Shown: in pieces, positions 29,741 through 38,699 of the stretch
How the letters are laid out: every line of letters begins with the position of its first letter
Numbering within the stretch: position 1 is the first letter of the stretch
Assembly: GCA_041487615.1 (NCBI GenBank)
Contig: JBGPNQ010000001.1
Coordinates: 1 to 55,254 of the forward strand
Direction of reading: 5' to 3'
Origin: Anaerolineae bacterium
GTDB taxonomy: Bacteria; Chloroflexota; Anaerolineae; Anaerolineales; Villigracilaceae
Length of the DNA stretch: 55,254 bases
Position numbers and translations under genes: made by a program
The notes under the pieces: model-generated
What the model saw: the letters and a program-made list of their open reading frames with translations, nothing else
The model's database searches: none
Told to the model about the DNA's origin: nothing

Positions 29741-29772
29741 AAAATCCGCCGCTCTTTTGAGCGGCGGATTTT
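29741..29772. terminator. Bidirectional terminator between phoU and pstB2
   Basis: AAAATCCGCCGCTC-TTTT-GAGCGGCGGATTTT. Confidence 0.85.
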
Positions 29773-29785
29773 GGTTATATCGAAG

Positions 29786-30544
29786 CTATCCCATTTTTCC
29801 GGTAATATAGGCTTCCGTTAATTCCTGCTGTGGTCTTGTAAACATCATGTCTGTGGGGGAAACCTCAACCAGTTCGCCCAGCCAGAACAGACCCGTTTGA
29901 TCTGAGACACGCGCCGCCTGCTGCATATTATGCGTCACAATGACAATCGTGTAATCCCTTTTCAATTCGGCAATCAACTCTTCCACGCGCAGGGTGGCGA
30001 TCGGGTCAAGCGCGGACGTGGACTCATCCATGAGGATCACTTCGGGCTGCACAGCGACCACCCGGGCAATGCACAATCTCTGCTGTTGACCGAGGGAGAG
30101 TCCCAGCGCATCGGAGCGCAAGTCATCCTTCACCTCATCCCACAACGCCGCGGCACGCAGGGACGTTTCCACCACTTCGTCCATATTCACATCCATACCC
30201 ATTACGCGCGGACCAAAGGCCACATTATCATAAATTGGCTGTGGAAACGGGTTCGGCTTTTGAAATACCATTCCCACTCGTTGCCGGAGCCTTACTACGT
30301 CCATATCTTCATCGTAGATATTCTTCCCATCCAACAGGATCTCACCCTCGACCCGAGTGCCATTGATGGTGTCATTCATCCGATTCAAGCAACGTAGGAA
30401 CGTCGACTTGCCGCACCCCGACGGGCCGATCAATGCTGTCACTTTGCGAGGCTGGATCTCAAGATTGATATTCGAGAGTGCCTTGGTCGGACCGTAGTAG
30501 AAATCCAAATTTTGAACAGTGAAAGCAGGCTGCACATCAGACAT
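29786..30544 (-). CDS. pstB: Phosphate ABC ATPase PstB2 (signature variant LSLGQ)
   Basis: [34 protein letters not shown]. Confidence 0.92.
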   Translation of the reverse strand: MSDVQPAFTVQNLDFYYGPTKALSNINLEIQPRKVTALIGPSGCGKSTFLRCLNRMNDTINGTRVEGEILLDGKNIYDEDMDVVRLRQRVGMVFQKPNPFPQPIYDNVAFGPRVMGMDVNMDEVVETSLRAAALWDEVKDDLRSDALGLSLGQQQRLCIARVVAVQPEVILMDESTSALDPIATLRVEELIAELKRDYTIVIVTHNMQQAARVSDQTGLFWLGELVEVSPTDMMFTRPQQELTEAYITGKMG

Positions 30545-30600
30545 ATGCTGATTTTATCATGTCGCTCACTACCGAATACTTTCGGCTATAATTCGACACA

Positions 30601-31503
30601 ATGAAACGATTTCTCATCACGATCACAACGCTGTTCATGCTTTTGCTTCCTACGTCATGCGGTCCCGATTCATCCTCGGCGACCGCATCTGATTCTTCGG
30701 CATCCTATATCGAAAATAAAGGCTCGGATACCATCGTCAATCTGGCGCTGGCGTGGGCAGAGAAATACCAGACCGAGAATCCGGAAATCCGGATATCCGT
30801 AACAGGCGGAGGGTCAGGGACCGGACTCGCGGCTCTCGTAAACGGAACCGTGGACATCGCCAACGCATCCCGCCAAATCAAACCGGAGGAGGTCGATGAG
30901 GCGAAGTCCAATGGCATTGACCCTGTTGAACATATCATCGCTCGCGACGCGATTGCCGTGATCGTAAATCCTGAAAATCCGGTGAACGAATTAACACTGC
31001 AACAGATCTCGGATATCTATAGCGGTAAGATCAGCAACTGGTCCGAGGTTGGCGGAGAGGATCGACCCATTGTGCGGCTCTCGCGCGAAACCAATTCGGG
31101 CACGCATGTGTATTTTCTTGAAACGGTCCTGCGATTGGGAAGCAAGCAAGACAAAACACTTTTTTCAACAGACACGTTGCTGCTTCCATCGTCTGAAGGC
31201 ATTATCGCGGAAGTGAGACAAAATCCGAACGCGATTGGCTACGATGGACTCGGCTATGTGCCAAAAGATTTGAAAATGATCGCCATCGCCAAACAGGAGG
31301 ATGGTGCTTATGTATTGCCATCCATTTCCACAGTGAATGACAAGAGTTACGCGATCGCGCGCGACCTTTATATGTACACGAATGGTGAACCCTCCGGCAT
31401 CATAAAAGAATATCTCGATTGGATTCTTTCAAGTGAAGCACAACAGATCGTTGCCGACCTTGGGTTTGTGCCTGTTTCCCTCACCCCCAGCCCCTCTCCC
31501 TGA
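30601..31503 (+). CDS. pstS: Second phosphate-binding lipoprotein
   Basis: PTSC lipobox-like; KGSDT, GGGSGTG, DIANASR, SRETNSGT. Confidence 0.9.
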   Translation: MKRFLITITTLFMLLLPTSCGPDSSSATASDSSASYIENKGSDTIVNLALAWAEKYQTENPEIRISVTGGGSGTGLAALVNGTVDIANASRQIKPEEVDEAKSNGIDPVEHIIARDAIAVIVNPENPVNELTLQQISDIYSGKISNWSEVGGEDRPIVRLSRETNSGTHVYFLETVLRLGSKQDKTLFSTDTLLLPSSEGIIAEVRQNPNAIGYDGLGYVPKDLKMIAIAKQEDGAYVLPSISTVNDKSYAIARDLYMYTNGEPSGIIKEYLDWILSSEAQQIVADLGFVPVSLTPSPSP

Positions 31504-31524
31504 GGGAGAGGGATAGGGTGAGGG
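31478..31524. repeat. CCCTCACCCC...GGGTGAGGG palindromic repeat
   Basis: Encodes the last residues (LTPSPSP) and the stop of pstS2; relative at 37011..37046. Confidence 0.75.
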
Positions 31525-31535
31525 CGAGGAGCATC

Positions 31536-32432
31536 ATGGAAAAATCATTGAACTGGCGTGAATTTGTCATCACGCGCCTCATCAAAGCATCGGGTTATTC
31601 AGCCATCCTTTTTGTCGCACTGATCTTTTTCTTTCTCCTCCGCGAAGGATTGCCGACATTTGGCGAAGTGAAGTTATCGTCGCTTCTGGGTACACGCTGG
31701 TACCCCATCGAGGATCACTTTGGAATCCTTCCCCTCATCACCGGATCGATCATCATCACATTTGGCGCCGGGCTGATCGCCGTTCCATTCGGGATCGGGA
31801 CAGCCGTCTACATCTCGGAGATTTCTCCGCGCTGGATGCGCGAAATCCTCAAACCTCTTGTGGAATTACTCGGTGGACTTCCCTCTGTCGTTTTGGGATT
31901 TCTTGGGATCCTGATCCTCTCCCCGTTTCTACGAGTCTTTCTAAACCTCCCCACGGGTCTGACTGCCCTGGCAGGTTCCATCCTGCTCGGCGGGATCGCG
32001 GTTCCAACTGTTGTATCGGTCGCAGAAGACGCACTGGATGCTGTGCCGCGTGCCTATCGCGAAGGCGCCTGGGCACTGGGTGCGACCCGCTGGCAGACGA
32101 TCTGGCGCGTGACTTTACCCGCAGCGAAGTCCGGCGTACTTACCGCCATCATGCTCGGTGTGGGACGCGCCATCGGCGAAACCATGACAGTCATGATGGT
32201 TACTGGCAACGCTCCTGTTCTTGCCATAAAACTCAGTAGTATGTTCTCGCCCGTCCGCACCATGACCGCCACCATCGCCGCCGAGATGGGCGAAGTTGCA
32301 AACGGCAGCACGCATTATCATGTGCTGTTCTTCATCGGCATGCTGCTCTTCCTGATTTCACTGGGAGTGAACATTGCCGCCTCGTCGGTGGTCTTTCGTG
32401 CCAGGAAACGCGCGGAGAGAATCCTGTCATGA
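31536..32432 (+). CDS. pstC: Second PstC permease
   Basis: ELLGGLPSVVLG, GRAIGETM, TIAAEMGE. Confidence 0.92.
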   Translation: MEKSLNWREFVITRLIKASGYSAILFVALIFFFLLREGLPTFGEVKLSSLLGTRWYPIEDHFGILPLITGSIIITFGAGLIAVPFGIGTAVYISEISPRWMREILKPLVELLGGLPSVVLGFLGILILSPFLRVFLNLPTGLTALAGSILLGGIAVPTVVSVAEDALDAVPRAYREGAWALGATRWQTIWRVTLPAAKSGVLTAIMLGVGRAIGETMTVMMVTGNAPVLAIKLSSMFSPVRTMTATIAAEMGEVANGSTHYHVLFFIGMLLFLISLGVNIAASSVVFRARKRAERILS

Positions 32433-33292
32433 AAAACATTTTCACCCGCAATCGTCATCTTACACAGCGCGTGGGCTTCACCCTCATTACATTGATGGCT
32501 GTACTCACCGTCATGCCCATTGTTGCGGTTGTCATCTACATCCTCATTCAGGGCGGACCCGCCATTTCACTTGAATTTCTGACCGGTTTTCCTCATGACG
32601 GCATGCGCGCCGGCGGAATTTTGCCCGCCATCATCGGCACAATTTATCTCACCATTGGCACGGCGATCTTTTCCGTTCCGCTTGGGATTGCCGCTGCCAT
32701 TTATCTTTCCGAATATGCGTCCGATTCGCCGCTGACACGTACCATCCGAATCGCGATCATCAACCTCGCAGGTATTCCCTCGGTTGTATATGGATTGTTC
32801 GGTTTGGGATTGTTTGTCCTCTTTCTACATTTCGGCACATCCATCCTCGCCGCGTCACTGACACTTTCGATCATGACTCTCCCGGTCATCATCAGCACGG
32901 CAGAAGAAGCTTTACGTTCCGTGCCCCAGGCATTCCGAACGGTAAGTATTTCCCTCGGAGCGACTCGCTGGCAAACGATCCGCCGTATTGTGGTAAAGGA
33001 AGCATTGCCTGGAATCCTGACAGGTGTCATTCTGGGACTTGAACGCGCCGCCGGAGAAACTGCTCCAATCTTATTTACGGGCGCAGCGTTCTTCCTGCCC
33101 CGTCTGCCTCATTCCCCCTTTGATGCGACGATGGCATTGCCGTATCATCTCTTCGTGATTTCCACACAAGTGCCTGAGATGCCAATCAAAATACAATATG
33201 GTACGGCGCTTGTATTGCTGGTCTTTGTATTGACCATGAACTTGATTGCCACAGTCATCCGCTCGAGGGCGAGGGCAAAACGACAATGGTGA
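32429..33292 (+). CDS. pstA: Second PstA permease
   Basis: NLAGIPSVVYG, RAAGETAPI, ALPYHLF. Confidence 0.92.
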   Translation: MKNIFTRNRHLTQRVGFTLITLMAVLTVMPIVAVVIYILIQGGPAISLEFLTGFPHDGMRAGGILPAIIGTIYLTIGTAIFSVPLGIAAAIYLSEYASDSPLTRTIRIAIINLAGIPSVVYGLFGLGLFVLFLHFGTSILAASLTLSIMTLPVIISTAEEALRSVPQAFRTVSISLGATRWQTIRRIVVKEALPGILTGVILGLERAAGETAPILFTGAAFFLPRLPHSPFDATMALPYHLFVISTQVPEMPIKIQYGTALVLLVFVLTMNLIATVIRSRARAKRQW

Positions 33293-33295
33293 TTG

Positions 33296-33323
33296 TGGAC
33301 CATGGATGATGGACCATTGACCA
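33296..33323 (+). repeat. Heptamer tandem array, left arm
   Basis: TGGACCA TGGATGA TGGACCA TTGACCA. Confidence 0.8.
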
Positions 33324-33340
33324 TTGTTGAGAGCAAGCAT

Positions 33341-33754
33341 ATGTCATATAAATTTGAGCAATTGGATGTTTGGAAACTGGCGCTGGATTATATAGATTTA
33401 ATATATAAGCTGGCTGAAAATCTGCCGCGGAGTGAAGAATACAACCTAAAGTCTCAGATCACTCGTGCAGCGACATCTGTTGCTCTGAATATCGCTGAGG
33501 GTTCTCAGGGGCAGAGCGATGCAGAGCAGGCAAGATTCTTGGGAATGGCAATTCGATCACTTATTGAAACAGTTGCTTGTCAGCAAATTATTCAAAGAAG
33601 AGGCTATGTCCAGGATGAAGGTCTGCTAAAAAAGGTGTACGAGAACTCGCAGCTACTTGCGAAGAAACTGCAAAATTTTCGCAAATCTTTATCAAATCCG
33701 CAATATCAAGTTCGAGAAGATATTTCTGTACACGGAGATGACATCTTAACATAG
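33341..33754 (+). CDS. Four helix bundle protein (23S rRNA IVS-protein family)
   Basis: YKFEQLDVWK...LPRSEEYNLKSQITRAATSVALNIAEG...RFLGMAIRSLIET. Confidence 0.9.
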   Translation: MSYKFEQLDVWKLALDYIDLIYKLAENLPRSEEYNLKSQITRAATSVALNIAEGSQGQSDAEQARFLGMAIRSLIETVACQQIIQRRGYVQDEGLLKKVYENSQLLAKKLQNFRKSLSNPQYQVREDISVHGDDILT

Positions 33755-33764
33755 GCAATTTCCA

Positions 33765-33792
33765 TCGTCTATGGTCAATGGTCTATGGTCTT
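33765..33792 (-). repeat. Heptamer tandem array, right arm (inverted)
   Basis: TCGTCTA TGGTCAA TGGTCTA TGGTCTT, approximately the reverse complement of the left arm. Confidence 0.8.
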
Positions 33793-33805
33793 TTTGTGAA
33801 AATCA

Positions 33806-34561
33806 ATGAACAAAATTATTATCGAAAACCTGTCATTACAATATTCCGACGGCACAGAATCTCTGCGGGGCATCAGCCTCGGAATCCGCGAAAAAGCTGT
33901 GACCGTCCTCTTTGGCCCGGCAGGTGGCGGGAAGTCCACATTGTTGCGTTGTTTGAACCGGCTCAATGATCTCACTGAAGTCAAAGCTGCCTCGGGACAG
34001 ATCTTAATAGACGGTCAAAATATCCTCGATCCGAACATTGATGTCATCGCACTCCGTCGAAAAGTTGGCATGGTATTTGCACGCCCCGTCGTGTTACCGA
34101 TGAGCATTCGCGAAAACCTGACGTACGGATTGGAACTTGCGGGTGAGAAGCGCCGCGTCAAACTGGATGAAGCGGTCGAACGGAGCCTGAAGCTGGCAGC
34201 GCTATGGGGCGAAGTCAAAGACCGATTGGATGATCCCGCCATCGCCCTTTCAGGCGGGCAACAACAACGCTTGTGCCTGGCGCGGTCCCTTGCGCTCCAG
34301 CCCGAGATCATTTTGCTCGATGAACCGACCTCTGGTCTTGACCCGATCTCCACAGGCAAAGTGGAAGCCGCATTGGTGGAGTTGAAGAAGGAATTTACGA
34401 TCGTCCTTGTGCCTCATTCGGTGCAGCAGGCAGGACGCACTGCCGATTACGCAGCGTTCTTCCTTCAGGGCGAACTCGTCGAATATGGCGAAGGGAAATC
34501 CCTGTTCACTGCTCCCAAACAAAAACGGACAGAAGATTACATTACCGGAAGATTTGGGTAA
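33806..34561 (+). CDS. pstB: Phosphate ABC ATPase PstB3 (degenerate Q-loop)
   Basis: [46 protein letters not shown]. Confidence 0.88.
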   Translation: MNKIIIENLSLQYSDGTESLRGISLGIREKAVTVLFGPAGGGKSTLLRCLNRLNDLTEVKAASGQILIDGQNILDPNIDVIALRRKVGMVFARPVVLPMSIRENLTYGLELAGEKRRVKLDEAVERSLKLAALWGEVKDRLDDPAIALSGGQQQRLCLARSLALQPEIILLDEPTSGLDPISTGKVEAALVELKKEFTIVLVPHSVQQAGRTADYAAFFLQGELVEYGEGKSLFTAPKQKRTEDYITGRFG

Positions 34562-34572
34562 AGACTTAACAC

Positions 34573-34662
34573 GTCATTGCGAGGAGCCGCTTCGCGGGCG
34601 ACGAAGCAATCTCCAATTACAGTGAGATTGCTTCGTGGCGCCCAGGCGCCACTCGCAATGAC
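34573..34662. repeat. GTCATTGCGAG...CTCGCAATGAC palindromic repeat
   Basis: Nested inverted arms, including GAAGCAATCTC/GAGATTGCTTC. Confidence 0.78.
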
Positions 34663-34673
34663 AGAGGTTCAAG

Positions 34674-35078
34674 ATGAAAACTGTTTTATTTCTCTGCACA
34701 GGAAATTCATGTCGTTCACAAATGGCGGAAGCCATCGTCAATGCGCGCGATCCCGAATGGAAAGCGTATTCGGCGGGGACGAAACCAGCGGGATATGTCC
34801 ACGAACTGGCAATCGAAGCGTTGAATGAAATTGGGATTTCACATTCAGGCAACTCAAAGCACATCGATGACCTTCCCACAAAAGACTTCGATCTTGTTGT
34901 AACAGTCTGCGATTCGGCTGCGGAGGAATGTCCCGTGTGGCCGGGAAAAGCGGGGAGACGCGTCCATCATGGATTTGTGGATCCCGCCAAAGCGGAGGGA
35001 ACGCTCGAGGAACGGAAGCTGATCTTTCGGTCTGTGCGCGACCAGATGTTGGAAGTCATCCCAACATTATTAAGGTGA
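34674..35078 (+). CDS. arsC: Second thioredoxin-type arsenate reductase
   Basis: CTGNSCRSQMAE, VTVCDSAAEECP, FVDP. Confidence 0.9.
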   Translation: MKTVLFLCTGNSCRSQMAEAIVNARDPEWKAYSAGTKPAGYVHELAIEALNEIGISHSGNSKHIDDLPTKDFDLVVTVCDSAAEECPVWPGKAGRRVHHGFVDPAKAEGTLEERKLIFRSVRDQMLEVIPTLLR

Positions 35079-35106
35079 CAGTCACTTTGAAAGTGACTGT
35101 CACCTT
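35072..35106. repeat. GACAGTCAC...GTGACTGTC palindrome
   Basis: AAGGTGACAGTCACTT-TGA-AAGTGACTGTCACCTT; second copy at 43898..43921. Confidence 0.75.
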
Positions 35107-35116
35107 GGAGAATCAA

Positions 35117-37189
35117 ATGAACACTCCATACGACATATTATTTGAAACGGTTCGGATCGGTCCTGTCATCGCTCCGAACCGTTTTTATCAGGTGCCGCAT
35201 TGCAACGGATTCGGCCATCGTATGCCACAGGGAATGGCTGCGATGCGTGGCATCAAGGCAGAGGGTGGCTGGGGTGTGGTCTGCACGGAGGAAGTGGAAA
35301 TCCATCATTCGAGCGATTTATCTCCATACTTTGAGGGCAGGTTATGGAGTGATGAGGACATCCCAGCTTTGGCATTGATGGCGGAAGCGGTTCACAAGCA
35401 TGGCTCACTGGCAGGGATTGAACTCTCTTACAACGGATACGACGCTCCAAATCTATATTCACGCGCACCTTCGCTGGCGCCAGGCTCGATGGGGACGATT
35501 GGCGGCTCAGGCTATGATCCCGTGCAGACACGTCGCATGGATAAGGAGGATATCCGCAATTTGCGCAAGTGGCATCATGACGCGGCATTACGTGCCAAAC
35601 GCGCTGGCTTTGACATTGTCTATTGCTACGCGGCACACGGAATGACTGCGGCGATCCAGTTTATTTTGAAGCGCTACAACGACCGCACGGATGAATACGG
35701 CGGAAGTCTGGAAAACCGCGTGCGACTCTTGCGCGAATTAATTGAAGATACAAAAGAAGCAGTTGGCGATTCGTGCGCAGTGGCTGTCCGTTTTGCGGTG
35801 GATGAATTACTCGGTGACGATGGAATCACCTATCAAGGCGAGGCATATGATGTGGTCGCGATGCTCGCCGAATTACCCGACCTCTGGGATGTCAATATCA
35901 GCGGCTGGAACAACGACTCGGTTACCTCGCGGTTTGGCGGAGAGGGACATCAGGAAAAATATATTTCCTTCGTCAAGCAGTTGACAACAAAGCCTGTCGT
36001 GGGCGTGGGACGATACACATCGCCCGATTCGATGGTCTCTGTGATCAAGCGCGGTGTGATGGACTTCGTCGGCGCGGCCAGACCTTCGATTGCCGATCCT
36101 TTCCTGCCGACAAAGATAAAAGAGGGGCGCATCGAGGACATCCGTGAATGTATTGGCTGCAATATCTGCGTGACAGGCGACACGCGCTATGTTCCCATTC
36201 GTTGTACACAGAATCCGACGATGGGCGAGGAATGGCGGCGTGACTGGCATCCTGAGATCATTGCTCCCAGGAATAGCAACAAGGATGTGATGATCATCGG
36301 CGCGGGACCGGCAGGATTGGAAGCGGCGCGGGCGTTGGGTCAACGCGGCTATGAGGTGACATTACTTGAAGCGCGCAAAGAATTGGGTGGACGGGTGTTA
36401 CGCGAATCCGCTTTGCCGGGATTGAATGAATGGCGCCGCGTCATGGACTGGCGCGTGACTCAAATCAAAAAGATGAAGAATGTAGCGGCCTATCCATCCA
36501 GCCCGATGACCGCTGAGAAAATTCTCGAAACGGGTGCGCAAAATATCATCGTTGCGACAGGGGCAACCTGGCGGCGTGATGGAATGGGTCGAACGCTCCG
36601 TAAACCGATTCGCGGCTTTGATTTGCAGAATGTATTTAATCCTGATGATTTGATGGGTGGAGAATTGGTGATTAGTAAATTAGTAAGTGGTCACTGGGTA
36701 ATTTACGATGATGATCATTACTATATGGGTGGCTTGCTGGCAGAACTGCTTGCAATGAATGGATGTGCTGTTTCCCTTGTCACGCCTGCGCCTTTGATTT
36801 CGTATTGGTCACAGTTCACATTGGAGCAGGAACATATTCAACATAAGTTGATGAAGCTTGGCGTGAAGTTATATGCACAAACCCTATTGCGTGAAATTCA
36901 AAACGATTGCGTCAGGTTGACGAACACGATTTCGGGAGATGAAATTGAATTGCCCCGCGATGGAATTGTGTTAGTGAGCGATCGGATTTCGAATGATTCA
37001 CTTTATTACGCCCTCACCCCAGCCCTCTCCCGCGGGGAGAGAGGGATTCAATCCTTGCGCGTTATCGGCGATGCAGAAGCACCGAATATCATCGCCCAGG
37101 CTGTGTTCTCCGGTCATCTTGCGGCGAGGGAGTTTGAGGAGGAGAAAGTTGATGGAACGCCGTTTAGAATCGAGAGGATGCCAATCTGA
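35117..37189 (+). CDS. Trimethylamine/histamine dehydrogenase-like flavoprotein (OYE barrel, 4Fe-4S, Rossmann domain)
   Basis: NRFYQVPHCNG, YAAH, RTDEYGGSLENR, ECIGCNICV...CTQNPTMGEEWRR, GAGPAG; SD GGAG before ATG 35117. Confidence 0.85.
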   Translation: MNTPYDILFETVRIGPVIAPNRFYQVPHCNGFGHRMPQGMAAMRGIKAEGGWGVVCTEEVEIHHSSDLSPYFEGRLWSDEDIPALALMAEAVHKHGSLAGIELSYNGYDAPNLYSRAPSLAPGSMGTIGGSGYDPVQTRRMDKEDIRNLRKWHHDAALRAKRAGFDIVYCYAAHGMTAAIQFILKRYNDRTDEYGGSLENRVRLLRELIEDTKEAVGDSCAVAVRFAVDELLGDDGITYQGEAYDVVAMLAELPDLWDVNISGWNNDSVTSRFGGEGHQEKYISFVKQLTTKPVVGVGRYTSPDSMVSVIKRGVMDFVGAARPSIADPFLPTKIKEGRIEDIRECIGCNICVTGDTRYVPIRCTQNPTMGEEWRRDWHPEIIAPRNSNKDVMIIGAGPAGLEAARALGQRGYEVTLLEARKELGGRVLRESALPGLNEWRRVMDWRVTQIKKMKNVAAYPSSPMTAEKILETGAQNIIVATGATWRRDGMGRTLRKPIRGFDLQNVFNPDDLMGGELVISKLVSGHWVIYDDDHYYMGGLLAELLAMNGCAVSLVTPAPLISYWSQFTLEQEHIQHKLMKLGVKLYAQTLLREIQNDCVRLTNTISGDEIELPRDGIVLVSDRISNDSLYYALTPALSRGERGIQSLRVIGDAEAPNIIAQAVFSGHLAAREFEEEKVDGTPFRIERMPI

Positions 37190-37194
37190 CTTTC

Positions 37195-37260
37195 ACCGCG
37201 AAGGCGCCAAGAACGCGAAGAAAACTTTTTGGAACTTCGTGACCTTAGCGTCTTCGCGGT
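37195..37260. repeat. ACCGCGAAG...CTTCGCGGT palindromic repeat between convergent genes
   Basis: Inverted arms read directly from the sequence. Confidence 0.65.
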
Positions 37261-37269
37261 AAAGATGGG

Positions 37270-38613
37270 TTACCAAACCCGTTCCAGATTCGGGTTATCG
37301 AGCGGCTTGCGTCCGACCTTCGCCATATCGATCCATTCGCCATGCACTTTGACGCGCACTACATCGCCGGTGAAGTCTGTCACCGTGCCGCCATTATTAT
37401 TGAACAGCCACGAACCGACCGCATAAATATCCACGGGGACTCCCAGCTTTTCGAACCTGCGCATCTTCTCGGGATTGAACCCGCCCGAGACAACGATCTT
37501 CACGTTGCGGCAATAGTCGCGCGCCGCATCTTTCCACGCCAAGGGAAGGTCCCAGCTTTCGGATGCAGAATCCAAGCCGTGGCGGACGTTGAACACGAGG
37601 CGCGGGTTTACACCCAGATCCAGGGCCGGATCGCCCAGCGGCTCCACAGAGATATCGCGCACACTTCCACTTGTATCCAGGCGAACGCCATACAAAATAT
37701 ATTTCGCGGCTTCGGTTTGATTCCCTCCGTCGCATAATTCCCTGTATTTTTTGAACATCACTTCCAATACACGGAGGGTGTCGTTCACCGAATTGTTATT
37801 GAAATCGACCAACGCAATGCGCGGGATATTGGCAGGCAGGATGCGCGAGAACTGCATCATCGCTTCGGCCGTATCACCCATAAAGGATGCGATCGCCGCA
37901 TGAGCAACGGTCCCGCCGCCCGCGCCTCCCCACCAGTCGCCCTGTGCATCGGTGGAAACGAACGAGCCAATCTGCTGCGAAAAATCCACATTGAAGCGCT
38001 GGATGGCGATGTTGTAGGCATATCCATCCGAGGCCTGGACCTCATGCAAATCAAATCGAGCAGGGAAAAATAGGACCGGTTTGCCGCGCGCTGCCATGAG
38101 AGTCTCGTAAACATTTGTTGCGACGCGGCTTGAACGCGTCAGCACGCCGAGAGTCGGTGTTTCGAGCAGGGCGAAATCGCGATAGCGCCCGCGGACCTTG
38201 ATCACCGATTCCGCGTTCAACGGATTCCCATCCGATTTAACGATCGTCCCATCGTGGACTGCCCACACTTCAAGGTTGGCCGCGGTATCGACAAATTTGT
38301 CACCCTCCCAATAGCCTGTGCAATGCCTGATCATTTCCAGCGACTTATCCACGCCCACGACAACCGTATTTCCCATACGGCGCGTGAACCATTGCATCTC
38401 CACTTCGATGTCGCCTACGGGAATGCTCTCAGGCGAGACATCTTTTGGCAGGTTATGATACTCACCTGAATAGGCATATCCCTCTGCCGCAAGTGCGGTT
38501 AACATACGACCGATATTCTCGAAATATTTATCCGAATACCAGCCGCGGCGCATGCGCTCGATATCGAGTTTGAAGGTTTCGTTCGTAAGACGTTTTTTAT
38601 CAAATATGGACAT
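37270..38613 (-). CDS. Nicotinate phosphoribosyltransferase-like protein
   Basis: YSDKYF, FPARFD, GTVAH, ALVDFNN, GVRLDTS, IVVSGGF, YAVGS, DFTGDVV, AKVGR; start MSIFD at 38613. Confidence 0.8.
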   Translation of the reverse strand: MSIFDKKRLTNETFKLDIERMRRGWYSDKYFENIGRMLTALAAEGYAYSGEYHNLPKDVSPESIPVGDIEVEMQWFTRRMGNTVVVGVDKSLEMIRHCTGYWEGDKFVDTAANLEVWAVHDGTIVKSDGNPLNAESVIKVRGRYRDFALLETPTLGVLTRSSRVATNVYETLMAARGKPVLFFPARFDLHEVQASDGYAYNIAIQRFNVDFSQQIGSFVSTDAQGDWWGGAGGGTVAHAAIASFMGDTAEAMMQFSRILPANIPRIALVDFNNNSVNDTLRVLEVMFKKYRELCDGGNQTEAAKYILYGVRLDTSGSVRDISVEPLGDPALDLGVNPRLVFNVRHGLDSASESWDLPLAWKDAARDYCRNVKIVVSGGFNPEKMRRFEKLGVPVDIYAVGSWLFNNNGGTVTDFTGDVVRVKVHGEWIDMAKVGRKPLDNPNLERVW

Positions 38614-38699
38614 GGTATTCCTATAGCACACCAGTAGACACGCAAACAAGCAGTCAGGGAGGCAAGTGTTGTGTACCTGTATACCTGTTTTCTTGAATA

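Noticed and set aside
34566-34570. Single TTAAC upstream of arsC2 as a Pho box
   Set aside because: Only one unit, with no 11-bp periodic partner.
34928-35116. N-terminal extensions in the ORF track (34928; also 6181, 51955, 33293, 17627, 5056)
   Set aside because: They run through repeats or neighbouring genes; downstream starts fit SD or promoter positions and family N-termini better.
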